Assembly (NCBI GenBank): GCA_001795615.1
Contig: MGKI01000006.1
Span: 3,636 to 67,635 of the forward strand
DNA: 64,000 nt
Direction of reading: 5' to 3'
DNA from: Candidatus Yanofskybacteria bacterium RIFCSPLOWO2_01_FULL_42_49
GTDB taxonomy: Bacteria > Patescibacteriota > Minisyncoccia > 2-02-FULL-40-12 > GWA2-44-9
A program made the translations under genes and the position numbers. Of the stretch, positions 38,886-49,403 are shown one piece after another. Below the pieces are notes generated by a model, which had not been told where the DNA came from, ran no database searches, and saw only the letters and a list, made by a program, of their open reading frames with translations. Numbering within the stretch: position 1 is the first letter of the stretch; the number at the start of each line of letters is the position of its first letter.

Positions 38886-39836
38886 ATGAGAAACCAAATT
38901 CTAACCTTCCCATCCCAACTATCCGCAGGCGCAAAAGTTGCCCGGGATATTAAAATTGACAAACGCTACGACAAAGTTGTCATTTGCGGTATGGGCGGTT
39001 CCATTATGCCGGGAATGATGCTGTTGACTTACAAGGAACATAAAAACAAGGGCCCTGGTGTTCCCGTCATTATCAACAACAACTACGACCTGCCTTCGGA
39101 TGTTAATGCCGATGACTTAGTAATATGCATTTCATGGTCGGGAACAACCGAAGAAACAATTTCCGCATTCAAGACCGCAGTGAATCGCGGGATCAAACCG
39201 ATTGTCATAACCAAAGGCGCGGAACTCGGCCAACTGGCTAAAGATAATAATACTCAACTAATCGTGCTTCCAGATCAGCCAATCCCTCCCCGCTTGAGCG
39301 TCGGATATATGGTGGGCGCGCTGTTTGCCGTACTGGGATTAGAAAAAGAACTAGACATTGAACTTAACGCTGATAGCCACGAAAACACAGGAAAGGAATT
39401 AGCCGACAAGATCGGCTCCGCAACGCCGTTGATCTATACATCTTATTCATGGCGCAAGCTCGGCGCATTATGGAAAGCGAATTTTAACGAGACCGCAAAA
39501 ACCCCGGCTTACTGCAACTACATACCCGCTATGGCCCACGATGAACTTGCTGCGTACATCCGCAAGAGTCTGCCGTTCCATCCCATAATTTTTAAGGACG
39601 ATAAGGATTTGCCTCGTTATGTCCGTGATCTGGACGCCACTATTGCAATTTTAGACAAACAGGAGTATAATTACAGTATCGTTAATCTCTCTGTAGGTGA
39701 CAACCCTCTCGAAACAGTCCTAAACAACTACATTTTAGGCCTTTGGACGAGTTTTTATCTGGCACAAAAAATCGGGGTGAACCCCGAAGATATTGAACTT
39801 ATTGAAGAGTATAAGAAACTCAAATCCTCTATTTAG
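38886..39836 (+). CDS. Bifunctional phosphoglucose/phosphomannose isomerase (archaeal-type SIS)
   Basis: VVICGMGGSIMPG, ISWSGTTEET. Confidence 0.8.
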   Translation: MRNQILTFPSQLSAGAKVARDIKIDKRYDKVVICGMGGSIMPGMMLLTYKEHKNKGPGVPVIINNNYDLPSDVNADDLVICISWSGTTEETISAFKTAVNRGIKPIVITKGAELGQLAKDNNTQLIVLPDQPIPPRLSVGYMVGALFAVLGLEKELDIELNADSHENTGKELADKIGSATPLIYTSYSWRKLGALWKANFNETAKTPAYCNYIPAMAHDELAAYIRKSLPFHPIIFKDDKDLPRYVRDLDATIAILDKQEYNYSIVNLSVGDNPLETVLNNYILGLWTSFYLAQKIGVNPEDIELIEEYKKLKSSI

Positions 39837-39845
39837 TTTGTCTTA

Positions 39846-39929
39846 GGGTACGTGGCGGAACTGGTATACGCGTACGGTTCAGGGCCGTATGGGAGCAATC
39901 CCGTGAGAGTTCAAATCTCTCCGTACCCA
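39846..39929 (+). tRNA. tRNA-Leu (anticodon CAG), CCA not encoded
   Basis: Manual fold: acceptor GGGTACG/CGTACCC, 3-bp D stem, anticodon stem TACGG/CCGTA loop TTCAGGG, long variable arm GGGA-GCAA-TCCC, T-arm GAGAG-TTCAAAT-CTCTC. Confidence 0.8.
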
Positions 39930-39934
39930 CTAAA

Positions 39935-40075
39935 AATAAACCCTAAACTCGAAACTCTAAACCCTAAACAAACCCAAAATTCAAAGTTTAAAAGTTAAAA
40001 ACGTTTTTAATCCTTTGACCTTATGGCTTTAAACTTGTTTAGAATTTAGAACTTAGAACTTAGAGTTTCTAAAAT
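39935..40075. repeat. Heptamer-family element (CCCTAAA/CTCTAAA units then GTTTAGAA inverted units)
   Basis: aaaccctaaactcgaaactctaaaccctaaacaaaccc ... gtttagaatttagaacttagaacttagagtttctaaaat. Confidence 0.5.
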
Positions 40076-41992
40076 ATGGAACAAAACAATAACACTTCTC
40101 AAGGCGAGGTCATACTGGCCTCTGCCAAAGAGACATCATCTAGGACAAATACTCCTAGACCCCAAGGTCGAAACTATAGAAAACCGGGAGATGGATCCCG
40201 AAGACAAGAAAGAGACGCAAAGCGCCGATGGATGAAACCCACCGTGCGCAGAGTTAAGGTGCTTGGAAGAGGCCCTGTCGGAGGCGGGTCTGCTTATGGC
40301 GGAGAAGAAGCCGAAAAGTTAAAAATCGGCGGTCTTAAGATAGTCCACCTCGGCGGGCTTGGCGAAGTCGGCCGAAACATGTCGGCCGTACAATATGACG
40401 ACGAGATAATTCTCATAGACGCCGGCATAAGTTTCCCGAACGAGCAGATGCCCGGCATTGATTTCATTTTGCCTAATGTCGGTTATTTAAAAGGCAAAGA
40501 GCACATGGTCAAAGCAATGTTCTTTACCCACGGTCACATGGACCACACAGGCGCCCTTCCTTTCATCCTTGATAAAATAGGCGACCCAGACTTCTATGCC
40601 GCCGCTCTGACAAGAGCTCTCATAATCAAGCGTCTTGAAGAATACAAGGACAGAAAACCAGTAAACATAATCCAAGTTGAGGCCGGAGAAGAGATAAAAG
40701 TAAGCGATAAGCTGTCAGTAAAATTGCTACGCGTCAGCCACAGTATTCCCGACGACCTGCAGATAGTGATAACCACTCCGATCGGTAAGATCGTACACAC
40801 TTCTGACTTTAAATTTGACGACACACCCGTAAATGACAAACCGGCACAAATAGAAGAGATGCAGAGAATGGGCGATAACAAAGAGGTTCTGTTAATGATG
40901 TCCGATTCTACCGGCGCGGAGAATGAAGGCCACTCTCTGTCTGAACAGGATATAACTAAAAATCTGGAAAAAATATTCACCGACGCAACCGGAATGCTTA
41001 TCATCGGCACTTTCGCTTCGCTTATAAATCGTATCCAGCAAACAATCACTATTTCCGAGAAATTCGGACGCAAAATCGTAGTTGATGGTTACTCAATGAA
41101 AACCAATGTGGAGATAACTAAAAAACTAGGGTATTTGAAAATGCAAAAAGGTACGCAGATAAGCATGGATGAGATAGACCGTTATCCGAGAGAAAAAGTA
41201 ACCGTAATCTGCACCGGCGCCCAAGGCGAAGGCAATGCCGTTCTAATGCGCATCGCCAACGGCGAGCACAGATACATTCTCCCTCGCAAACATGATACTT
41301 TCGTTTTCTCGTCATCGGTCATTCCGGGCAACGAACGAAATGTCCAGTTCTTGAAAGACCAGCTCTACCGCAACGGCGTCAGAGTCTATAACTACAGAAT
41401 GATGGATATTCACGCCGGCGGACACGGAAACAAAGAAGACCTGCGCACGATGTTGAAGCTGATAAGGCCTAAATTTTTGATGCCTATTCACGGCCAGTAT
41501 TCAATGATGGTAAACCACGGCTTTCTCGGCAATGAAGAGGGTGTACCGGAAGAAAATGTCATCATTGCCGACAACGGCACCGTGGTAAACTTGGAAAAAG
41601 ACAAATTCTGGTTTGACAAAGAACGGGCGCCATTTGACTATGTGTTCGTTGACGGTCTCGGCATCGGCGATATCGGAAATGTTGTTTTAAGAGACAGACA
41701 AATACTCTCCGAGGACGGGATGTTTGTGGTTATCGCCTTAGTCGACCACGCCACTCACACGGTCAGAGGCAGCCCCGATATTATTTCCCGCGGTTTCATA
41801 TACCTGAAAGAAAACAGGGAGCTTTTGATGCAAGTGCGAAAGAAAGTCCGCCAGATAGTGGAGAGTCAGAAGAATGTAAGAGAACCAAACCTTGCCGACA
41901 TCAAAGACCAGCTCCGCAACCAGATCGGCTTATTTTTATTTCAAAAGACACAAAGGCGTCCGATGATACTACCAGTTGTTATTGAGGTATAA
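40076..41992 (+). CDS. rnj: Ribonuclease J with ~90-aa Arg/Gly-rich N-terminal extension
   Basis: FFTHGHMDHTGALP metallo-beta-lactamase motif, beta-CASP region. Confidence 0.85.
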   Translation: MEQNNNTSQGEVILASAKETSSRTNTPRPQGRNYRKPGDGSRRQERDAKRRWMKPTVRRVKVLGRGPVGGGSAYGGEEAEKLKIGGLKIVHLGGLGEVGRNMSAVQYDDEIILIDAGISFPNEQMPGIDFILPNVGYLKGKEHMVKAMFFTHGHMDHTGALPFILDKIGDPDFYAAALTRALIIKRLEEYKDRKPVNIIQVEAGEEIKVSDKLSVKLLRVSHSIPDDLQIVITTPIGKIVHTSDFKFDDTPVNDKPAQIEEMQRMGDNKEVLLMMSDSTGAENEGHSLSEQDITKNLEKIFTDATGMLIIGTFASLINRIQQTITISEKFGRKIVVDGYSMKTNVEITKKLGYLKMQKGTQISMDEIDRYPREKVTVICTGAQGEGNAVLMRIANGEHRYILPRKHDTFVFSSSVIPGNERNVQFLKDQLYRNGVRVYNYRMMDIHAGGHGNKEDLRTMLKLIRPKFLMPIHGQYSMMVNHGFLGNEEGVPEENVIIADNGTVVNLEKDKFWFDKERAPFDYVFVDGLGIGDIGNVVLRDRQILSEDGMFVVIALVDHATHTVRGSPDIISRGFIYLKENRELLMQVRKKVRQIVESQKNVREPNLADIKDQLRNQIGLFLFQKTQRRPMILPVVIEV

Positions 41993-42006
41993 TCAAGGAA
42001 TTAAAA

Positions 42007-42034
42007 AACGACCACTCCGCGTGGTCGTTTTATT
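42007..42034. terminator. Bidirectional terminator (acgaccac-tccgc-gtggtcgt)
   Basis: Between convergent rnj (+) and 42030-42557 (-). Confidence 0.55.
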
Positions 42035-42557
42035 CTAAACTTAAACCTCCATACATTTTAAACTCCAGAACACGATAAGAACCAACTAGTTCAGCCGCAA
42101 ACCGATCAGCCTCTTCTTCGGTTTTTTGGTCTGACTGTGTGTGTCTCAATTGTATGTGACCTAATTCATGGGCCACTATCACATCGAGGTACCTTCTATA
42201 CTTCCCGTTAAGAACTTGCTTAGTTAGAATTACCGTTTTACTGTAAAAATATAGGCCGACGGGAGTTACGGCCAACGCTTCATAAGGAAACTTTGTAACA
42301 TTGAGATCCTCAATCATCGAGCTTCCTCTGTCCACTCGAAAATAGACCGGGCCCTCTGTAACTTGAGGATTATCTGCAATCTTCTGACAAAGGTTATAAG
42401 CAGACTCATCAATCAGCCTTAAATCCTCGGTGTGAGCGTATGTGTCATAAATCAAATAAATCTGTTCACTTAATAAAAAAGTGGAATAAGCCGTAGTTGC
42501 TAAAAACAGTAAACCTAAAAAACCAATACCGAGAGTTGCTCTTGCGTTCATCCTCAT
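42030..42557 (-). CDS. Secreted HEXXH zinc metallopeptidase-like protein
   Basis: Signal peptide/TM, VAHELGHIQLRH. Confidence 0.5.
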   Translation of the reverse strand: MRMNARATLGIGFLGLLFLATTAYSTFLLSEQIYLIYDTYAHTEDLRLIDESAYNLCQKIADNPQVTEGPVYFRVDRGSSMIEDLNVTKFPYEALAVTPVGLYFYSKTVILTKQVLNGKYRRYLDVIVAHELGHIQLRHTQSDQKTEEEADRFAAELVGSYRVLEFKMYGGLSLE

Positions 42558-42690
42558 ATAAACCTCACATAAACCTCTCCGGATACTAAAGGAACATGCT
42601 TATAGTATAAACTCAATAATAACGACCGTCAAGTTCAACGGTTCAAGTGCCGACTGGCTGACAGAAAAAAAATAAGGTATCATTATTTTC

Positions 42691-43674
42691 ATGGTTAAAG
42701 TTTTCTCCGGTATTCGGCCGAGCGGGAAATTACATCTGGGCAACTATCTCGGGGCTATAAAGAATTGGATTGAATTGCAGAACTCTGCCCAGCAGTCAAT
42801 TTTCGCCGTGGTTGATTATCATGGCATCACCACTCCCTATGACCCCAAGACATACCAACAGCAGATAATGGACGTCGTTCTGGACTACCTCGCCGCAGGA
42901 ATTGATCCTGATCCGTCAGCTGACGGACCACTGCTCATCCGCCAGTCAAAAGTCCCCCAACACACGGAACTGGCGTGGCTTTTCAATACAATTACTTCCA
43001 TTGGCTGGCTAGACCGCCTGCCAACATACAAAGAACAACTTGAAAAAACCGGCGTAAACAATATGGCCCTGCTTGATTATCCAGTACTAATGGCTGCCGA
43101 TATTTTGATTTACAAATCAAATCTCGTGCCAGTCGGCGAAGACCAATTGCCTCATATTGACCTAACTAACGAAATTGCGAAGCGATTTAATTCCCTATTC
43201 GGCGAAACTCTTCCTGTGGTAAAACCCCACCTTGCCGAAGGTTTTAGAATCATGTCTCTTCAAGATCCTACTAAAAAAATGTCCAAGACGGGAGACGAGG
43301 GAATTGCTTTGTCCGATGACCCGGACACTATCCGAACAAAAATAAAAAAAGCCGTTACTGATTCAGGAAAAGAGGTTAGATATGACGAAAAAGAAAAACC
43401 GGCAATATCAAATTTGCTTACTATCTATCACCTGCTGTCCGGAAAAGAAATTAAAACCCTTGAAAAAAAATATGACGGCCAATCTTATGTTGAATTCAAA
43501 AACGACCTTGCCGAAGTGGTAGTAAACTTCCTAAAGCCATTTCAGGAAAAAAGAAAGAAGTTTGAAGATAACCCCGATCGGGTTATGGAGATATTGACAA
43601 AATCGGAAGAAAAAGCTAGAGTATTGGCCAGTTCTACGCTAAAAGAAATTAAGGAAAGGATGGGGTTGGAATGA
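42691..43674 (+). CDS. trpS: Tryptophan--tRNA ligase
   Basis: HIGH-type GKLHLGNYLGA and KMSKT; 327 aa. Confidence 0.9.
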   Translation: MVKVFSGIRPSGKLHLGNYLGAIKNWIELQNSAQQSIFAVVDYHGITTPYDPKTYQQQIMDVVLDYLAAGIDPDPSADGPLLIRQSKVPQHTELAWLFNTITSIGWLDRLPTYKEQLEKTGVNNMALLDYPVLMAADILIYKSNLVPVGEDQLPHIDLTNEIAKRFNSLFGETLPVVKPHLAEGFRIMSLQDPTKKMSKTGDEGIALSDDPDTIRTKIKKAVTDSGKEVRYDEKEKPAISNLLTIYHLLSGKEIKTLEKKYDGQSYVEFKNDLAEVVVNFLKPFQEKRKKFEDNPDRVMEILTKSEEKARVLASSTLKEIKERMGLE

Positions 43675-43913
43675 CTCTTCGGTCTTTCTTTCTGCTCTGG
43701 ATATTTATGTCTTTCTTAATTGCTCCCATAGTCGGACGCATTCTCAAGGAAATGGGCAAATGCTATCCCGTTATTCAAAATGCCGGAGAAAGATTTTGCA
43801 GCCATAATTACAAATTGGTAAATTCCGCTGGATATGAAGAAGGAGATGTGGTTTTCAATAGATACGTCTGCAATAAATGCAATCTAGAAAAAATTGTAGC
43901 CGAGCCGTGTTAA
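43671..43913 (+). CDS. Small membrane protein with CxxC...CxxC zinc ribbon
   Basis: TM helix then CSHNYK...CNKCN; 4-nt overlap with trpS. Confidence 0.4.
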   Translation: MTLRSFFLLWIFMSFLIAPIVGRILKEMGKCYPVIQNAGERFCSHNYKLVNSAGYEEGDVVFNRYVCNKCNLEKIVAEPC

Positions 43914-43929
43914 ACGGCTTTTTTAATTT
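43904..43929. terminator. Hairpin + T-run terminator between convergent genes
   Basis: gccgt-gttaa-acggc ttttttaattt. Confidence 0.5.
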
Positions 43930-45280
43930 CTAAGATCAGTTCCTCTTTTTTTTGTTCCATTAATTCTTTTGTTCCCGCCTCAACAACAATTCTAATTAGC
44001 GGTTCGGTATTAGAAAATCTTGCATTAAACCACCACTCTGGATACTCAACCGTTATCCCGTCAAGAAAGTTTTGCTTACCGTCACTGTATTTGTTTTTGA
44101 AATTCTCCATAATTTTAGATCTTAAACTATCATTTTGATTTATTTCTATATTTATCTCGCCGGAATTAACATATTTCTTGAACGGTTCAACCAGCGCCGA
44201 CAGCGTCTTTCCGGAAGACGCTACAATATTTAATATCCTCAACATCGCCAGCATAGCCGACTCGGCATAATTCATTTCTTTAAAGTCAAAATGTCCCGCC
44301 AGTTCTCCGCCAAGATCGGCGCCAATTTCTTCCATTTTACCTCTTACATAAACATACCCCGTTGGAGACGGGAATCCATTTTTACCGACAAGCTCTTTTA
44401 TGGATTTGGAGAACCGCAGGTCATAGACCACTTTAAGTTTTCTAAATAATCCTGACTGCGCCTTGAATAAAAGTCCGACAACGAACTCTGCTGGTAACTT
44501 GTCCCCTTTTTCATCCAGAACAGTAAGCCGGTCGGCATCGCCGTCAAAAGCAAATCCCAAATCTGCGCCAGTTTCAATAATTTTATTTTTTAACTGCTGG
44601 AGGTTATCTTTTTTGGAAATATCGGGAGAATGATTTGGAAAGTTTCCGTCAATGTCAAAATTTAGAAGAACCGGATCCAGATTTAACTTTTCCAACAGAG
44701 GTTTTAAGACGACCGGAGCCACACCGTTAGATGCGTCAATAACAAATCTAATGCGTTTGTTTTTGCCGCTAGATTCTCTGACAAGAAAATTAAGATACTG
44801 GTTTAAAACACTAATTTCTTCCACAGAACCGGCTTGCTTGCTTGTATTATCAAGCTCCAGGAGTTTTTGTATGTCCTTTAGGCCTGACCCAGAGTAAATC
44901 GGAACACCACCCCGACCCACAATCTTAAGTCCGTTATATTGCGGCGGATTATGAGATGCGGTTACCATGATTCCCCCATCGGCACCAAGGTTGTTAACCG
45001 AGAAATAAAAAAGCGGCGTCGTGCATTGGCCGATATAATAAACATCGCAGCCGGCTTTTGTCGCTCCTTCAAGAACCGCCTTTCTTAACGCTGGGGATGA
45101 TGTTCTCGCATCCTCTCCCATAACCAATTTCTTAGCATTCAGAAATTTAGCTGTCGCACCGGCTATTCTGCCCGCAATTTCTTCGTTCAATTCGTCGGGA
45201 TAGATTCCTCTGATGTCGTAAGCCCTAAAAGTTGACTGATTCATAAGGTCAGACATTGTGTCAATGAGGAGGAGTGACAA
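43910..45280 (-). CDS. Phosphoglucomutase/phosphomannomutase (alpha-D-phosphohexomutase)
   Basis: Active-site TASHNPPQYNG. Confidence 0.85.
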   Translation of the reverse strand: MSLLLIDTMSDLMNQSTFRAYDIRGIYPDELNEEIAGRIAGATAKFLNAKKLVMGEDARTSSPALRKAVLEGATKAGCDVYYIGQCTTPLFYFSVNNLGADGGIMVTASHNPPQYNGLKIVGRGGVPIYSGSGLKDIQKLLELDNTSKQAGSVEEISVLNQYLNFLVRESSGKNKRIRFVIDASNGVAPVVLKPLLEKLNLDPVLLNFDIDGNFPNHSPDISKKDNLQQLKNKIIETGADLGFAFDGDADRLTVLDEKGDKLPAEFVVGLLFKAQSGLFRKLKVVYDLRFSKSIKELVGKNGFPSPTGYVYVRGKMEEIGADLGGELAGHFDFKEMNYAESAMLAMLRILNIVASSGKTLSALVEPFKKYVNSGEINIEINQNDSLRSKIMENFKNKYSDGKQNFLDGITVEYPEWWFNARFSNTEPLIRIVVEAGTKELMEQKKEELILEIKKAV

Positions 45281-45311
45281 AGGAATCGGCTAAAGTGATA
45301 AAATTGACACA

Positions 45312-45824
45312 ATGTCTGACCTTAAGTATACTACTTCTAGCACATTATTAAAAAGAGCAAATACGGTGGCAGAACTAGGCGACCTTCCCAGCAACGGAGT
45401 AAATGTCATCGTCCAAAACAAACTTGGGCACTATCTGCTTGTGCATGACGGGAAAAAGTGGTCATTGCCCGGCGGTGGAATTAAACAAGGCGAAACTTCA
45501 AACCGAGCAGCCCTGCGAGAGACCCTAGAAGAAACTGGGTTGATGGTAATAGGAAAGTTGATACTTGTTGCCGATGTGCAGTTGGTAATAAAGTGGAAAC
45601 ACAAAGTGCTTCTGTTCAAGGCAATTGACTGGAACGGTATTATTAACCCGCTGATGAAAGACGAGATACGGGAAGCCAGGTTTTTCAAACCGGAACAAAT
45701 AAAAGACAATCCGGACATTTACCGGGCGCAAAGAGTTTTTATCCAAATCTTTGAGACGGCATACTTAAAGCTCCCCTTACCCGTATATGCTCTTGCTTCA
45801 GACCCCCCGGTCATTGAATGGTAG
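45312..45824 (+). CDS. NUDIX hydrolase
   Basis: Nudix box GGGIKQGETSNRAALRETLEETGL. Confidence 0.75.
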   Translation: MSDLKYTTSSTLLKRANTVAELGDLPSNGVNVIVQNKLGHYLLVHDGKKWSLPGGGIKQGETSNRAALRETLEETGLMVIGKLILVADVQLVIKWKHKVLLFKAIDWNGIINPLMKDEIREARFFKPEQIKDNPDIYRAQRVFIQIFETAYLKLPLPVYALASDPPVIEW

Positions 45825-45827
45825 TTA

Positions 45828-45852
45828 GTCCGCCGGAGCGGACTTTTTAAAT
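45828..45852 (+). terminator. Rho-independent terminator (agtccgc-cgga-gcggact ttttaaa)
   Basis: Seen directly after NUDIX stop. Confidence 0.55.
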
Positions 45853-45863
45853 AATAAACAAGT

Positions 45864-46565
45864 ATGCAAGCAATAATACTCGCCGCCGGAAGAGGCACGA
45901 GGTTTGGGGAACTAACAAAAAAAACACCTAAATCCCTCGTACCGGTTAACGGCAAGCCAATTTTAGAATATACCCTTTCCTCATTGCCATCTTCAACAGA
46001 AGAAGTTTTTATTGTAATCGGCCACTTGGGAGAACAGATAAAAAAACATTTCGGAAACAGTCACGGCAGATTGAAAATTACCTACATAAAAATTAAAAAA
46101 CTTAACGGAACCGGTGGAGCTTTGTGGCAGGCAAAAACTTATCTTAAAAAAGACAGGTTTCTGGTTCTGAACGGCGACGACATTTACCGAAAATCGGAAC
46201 TGGAAAATTTAATAAAACACGGCTGGTCAGCCGGCCTGGCAAAAACTATCCCCCCAAGTTCCAAATATTTAACTTTCGAGTTAGATAAAGACGGCATGCT
46301 GCTCGGCGCCAGATATCCCACCAACGAAGAAATGACCCAGGGAATATTGATAAGCACAGGGGCTTTTGTGCTAAACCCTGATATTTTCAAATACAAGCTA
46401 GTTAAAATATCAAACGGAGAATACGGCCTGCCTCAAACTATTTTAAAATCAATCCGCAAACACCCGACAAAAGGAATTATAATGAAAAACTGGATTCAAA
46501 TAAACTGTCCGGAAGACGCCAATAAGGCAGAACAAATTTTAAAAACAAACAAGATTCTACCCTAA
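45864..46565 (+). CDS. Sugar-phosphate nucleotidyltransferase
   Basis: MQAIILAAGRGTRFGELTKKTPKSLVPV NTP_transferase N-terminus. Confidence 0.75.
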   Translation: MQAIILAAGRGTRFGELTKKTPKSLVPVNGKPILEYTLSSLPSSTEEVFIVIGHLGEQIKKHFGNSHGRLKITYIKIKKLNGTGGALWQAKTYLKKDRFLVLNGDDIYRKSELENLIKHGWSAGLAKTIPPSSKYLTFELDKDGMLLGARYPTNEEMTQGILISTGAFVLNPDIFKYKLVKISNGEYGLPQTILKSIRKHPTKGIIMKNWIQINCPEDANKAEQILKTNKILP

Positions 46566-46585
46566 TTTTCTGCTATTATAATAAA

Positions 46586-47578
46586 ATGTTAAAAATTGGC
46601 ATAGTCGGGCTTCCAAATGTTGGAAAATCTACCCTATTTAAGGCATTAACAAATGTTGCTGTTGATATACAAAACTATCCATTTACAACGATTGACCCGA
46701 ATGTGGGAGTCGTAAGGGTTCCTGATGAAAGAGTTGACGCATTGGCTTTGATGTCTAATTCAAAGAAAAAAATTTATACGACTATTGAATTCATAGATAT
46801 CGCCGGATTAGTAAAAGGCGCGGCTCAGGGCGAAGGCCTAGGCAATAAATTTTTAGCCAACATCCGGGAGGTGGATGCTATCGCCCATGTAGTCCGCGTT
46901 TTTGAAGATAAGAATATAACCCATGTCCATAATAAGATTGACCCCATAAACGACATAGAAATAATTCAGACGGAACTAGAACTCGCTGATCTCCAGACAA
47001 AAGAGAGCCGAGCCAAGAAAAAAGACCATAGAGACTTGCCTGAGTTGGATTTACTGGCCGATAAAAAAGTTATTTTCGTACTTAACTGTTCCGAATCACA
47101 ACTAGCAAATAACTGGACTCCCTCCTTCGTTAAAACTTCGGAGGGCAAGCCCGATGATAATTTATTAAAAGCCATTGCTGGTAGGGACTATGTGGTTCTC
47201 TCAACTCCACTTGAACTAATTCTTTCTGAATCAACACAAGACGAGAAAAAAGAATACCTGACTACTTTTGGTATAAAGGAGTCGGGTTTAGATAAACTCA
47301 TAAAACAGAGCTATAAGACATTGGACTTACTCACATTCCTGACCACCGGCGAAGATGAAACGCGAGCATGGACAGCGCATATCGGCGACCCTATTCCTAG
47401 GGCGGCACGAGCAATTCACACCGACTTTGAAAAACTGTTCATCCGCGCTGAAGTCATCAATTGGAAGATGTTATTGGAAAGCGGATCGTGGGTTGAGGCA
47501 CGCAGCAAAGGGCTTCTCAAAACAGTGGGTCGTGACTACATTATCCAAGAAGGAGATGTGGTGGAAATTAAAATTTAA
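46586..47578 (+). CDS. ychF: Ribosome-binding ATPase YchF
   Basis: [15 protein letters not shown]-terminal TGS-like [16 protein letters not shown]. Confidence 0.85.
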   Translation: MLKIGIVGLPNVGKSTLFKALTNVAVDIQNYPFTTIDPNVGVVRVPDERVDALALMSNSKKKIYTTIEFIDIAGLVKGAAQGEGLGNKFLANIREVDAIAHVVRVFEDKNITHVHNKIDPINDIEIIQTELELADLQTKESRAKKKDHRDLPELDLLADKKVIFVLNCSESQLANNWTPSFVKTSEGKPDDNLLKAIAGRDYVVLSTPLELILSESTQDEKKEYLTTFGIKESGLDKLIKQSYKTLDLLTFLTTGEDETRAWTAHIGDPIPRAARAIHTDFEKLFIRAEVINWKMLLESGSWVEARSKGLLKTVGRDYIIQEGDVVEIKI

Positions 47579-47581
47579 CCG

Positions 47582-47884
47582 TTGACCCTGGGTCCCTTGA
47601 ATTTCAATCTAGTTATTGTAGTATCAAAACAGACTCTTTCAAAAAGAAGCCAAATGAGCAACGCCAGTCTGATTGAAAGGATAAAACAAGCGATACGGGA
47701 CATCTTCAAGAAAAATAACAATACGCCGCTCCTAACGGAAGAACTGGTACCGCTGGTTGACAAGAAGATCGGCAACGGCGAGATAAACGAAGGACTTACA
47801 GTAGCCGCCATTGAAACAATGCTTGACCGATTTGAACTCGTTCAGTTGCCTAATACCAAATTGGAATTAGCCCAGCACTCTTAA
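47582..47884 (+). CDS. Hypothetical protein (start uncertain)
   Basis: 100 aa ORF, no recognisable motif. Confidence 0.3.
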   Translation: MTLGPLNFNLVIVVSKQTLSKRSQMSNASLIERIKQAIRDIFKKNNNTPLLTEELVPLVDKKIGNGEINEGLTVAAIETMLDRFELVQLPNTKLELAQHS

Positions 47885-47919
47885 AAAGAGTGTTTTGTTT
47901 TGGCATAAAAACCTGCCAT

Positions 47920-47948
47920 TTGACTTTTCAACTCCCAACTGATAGCAT
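47920..47948 (+). promoter_or_regulatory. Candidate sigma-70-like promoter for rpsF operon (TTGACT-17-TAGCAT), followed by hairpin-containing leader
   Basis: Hexamers seen directly; weak -10. Confidence 0.25.
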
Positions 47949-48047
47949 AAGGTATCGTTATTAAATAAGCTTTTAGCCCGATAGATCCCTTAGTGGACCA
48001 CAAGGCGCCCCATCGCGCCTTATCTGTCGAAGTTAAGCGCTATTCAA

Positions 48048-48476
48048 TTGGTTCAGACCAACTATGAACTTGCTTTTCATTTAAATCCCGACCTTGAGGA
48101 AACGCAAGTCAAACAAATAGCTCAGGATATAGAAAGTTACATAACTTCCAGTAGTGGAGTTGTTTCATTCAAAAAAGAACCGGAAAAGATACGACTTTCT
48201 TATACCGTCAAGCACAAGAGATTGGCCTACTTTTGTTACTATCATTTTAGTCTGGAGTCAGCAGAGGAGTTGTCTAAAATAGACGAACAAGTTAAAGTTA
48301 ATAAAGATGTTTTGCGATATATGATAATCAAGATACCGGCAGACTCAGGTAAGGCAAAGCCGAGGTTCAGGCCCCAAAAACCAAGAGTTATGACAGAAAA
48401 ACCGGCAGAAAAACAAACACCGGAACAAAGCAAAGAGCTTGATAAAGAACTCGAAGGAATTTTAGAAAACCTATAG
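48048..48476 (+). CDS. rpsF: 30S ribosomal protein S6 (TTG start)
   Basis: YELAFHLNPDLEE...LAYFCYYHFS; rpsF-ssb-rpsR synteny. Confidence 0.85.
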   Translation: MVQTNYELAFHLNPDLEETQVKQIAQDIESYITSSSGVVSFKKEPEKIRLSYTVKHKRLAYFCYYHFSLESAEELSKIDEQVKVNKDVLRYMIIKIPADSGKAKPRFRPQKPRVMTEKPAEKQTPEQSKELDKELEGILENL

Positions 48477-48527
48477 AATATAATCCAAATCTAAGATATA
48501 GTATCCGAATGCCACAAATAATATAAA

Positions 48528-48693
48528 TTATAACGCAGCGCGCTTGGCTAAGATTGAGACAAGAGCGAAGCCCGAACCGAGCCATACAATAAGTATGGTG
48601 AAGGGAGGACTGGAGCTCTTAACGAAAATATTAGGCAAGCCCGTAGGGCCCGTACCGCTTATTTATATAAGCGGAGGGCGAGCAAGTTAGAAA
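48528..48693 (+). promoter_or_regulatory. Conserved structured leader element, copy B (shared with groES upstream region)
   Basis: Same ordered blocks as 22892-23107 minus strand, ending GGAGGGCGAGCAAGTTAGAAA-ATG. Confidence 0.4.
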
Positions 48694-49212
48694 ATGAATT
48701 TAAATAAGGTATTCCTAATCGGCCGATTAACCCAAGACCCGGAACTGCGATCCACCCCAAGCGGACAAAGCGTCGCTACTTTGCGTATGGCCACCAATCG
48801 CGTCTGGAACGATCCCTCGGGCAATAAAAAAGATGCAACCGAATTTCATACCGTTGTCGCTTGGGGACGATTAGGTGAAATAGCCAATCAATACTTGAAA
48901 AAGGGCGGTCTAGTAATGATAGAAGGGCGCATTCAGACTAGAACATGGACAGACCCAAACAATAACAAAAGATACTTTACCGAGGTAATAGCCGAGGGAC
49001 TCCAACTGGGACCGAGAACTAGCCGTCCCGCTGCCGAAGTTGACGGGATTTCTAAAACGCAGGGACAAGAAGGACAAGTCCCTTCGGCTCAACGCGAAAG
49101 ACAATCTCGGAACGGGAACGATGACATTCCGATAATTGACGCTAACGATCCCATTTCATCGGGAGTTGAAGAAGATGAGGTTAAGATCAAGGAAGAGGAC
49201 CTACCTTTTTAA
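48694..49212 (+). CDS. ssb: Single-stranded DNA-binding protein
   Basis: MNLNKVFLIGRLTQDPELR OB fold, acidic C-terminal tail EEDLPF. Confidence 0.9.
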   Translation: MNLNKVFLIGRLTQDPELRSTPSGQSVATLRMATNRVWNDPSGNKKDATEFHTVVAWGRLGEIANQYLKKGGLVMIEGRIQTRTWTDPNNNKRYFTEVIAEGLQLGPRTSRPAAEVDGISKTQGQEGQVPSAQRERQSRNGNDDIPIIDANDPISSGVEEDEVKIKEEDLPF

Positions 49213-49403
49213 TTTAAGAAAATCTCTAAATTCTAATCTCTAATTTCTAAATAATCTCAAATATCAAATCCCAAAAGTTTTAAAATTTTTCTCCCTTTGG
49301 GAGATGTCCCGGAGGGACATAATTTTGAATTTTGATATTGTTTAGAGATTAGGGGTTAGAGATTAGAGGTTGTCATAATTTTAGGATTTAGAGATTATAT
49401 TCA
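49213..49403. repeat. Heptamer-family palindromic element with two central GC hairpins
   Basis: aatctctaaattctaatctctaatttctaaataatctcaaatatcaaa ... ctccctttgggag, gtcccggagggac ... tttgatattgtttagagattaggggttagagattagagg. Confidence 0.55.
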
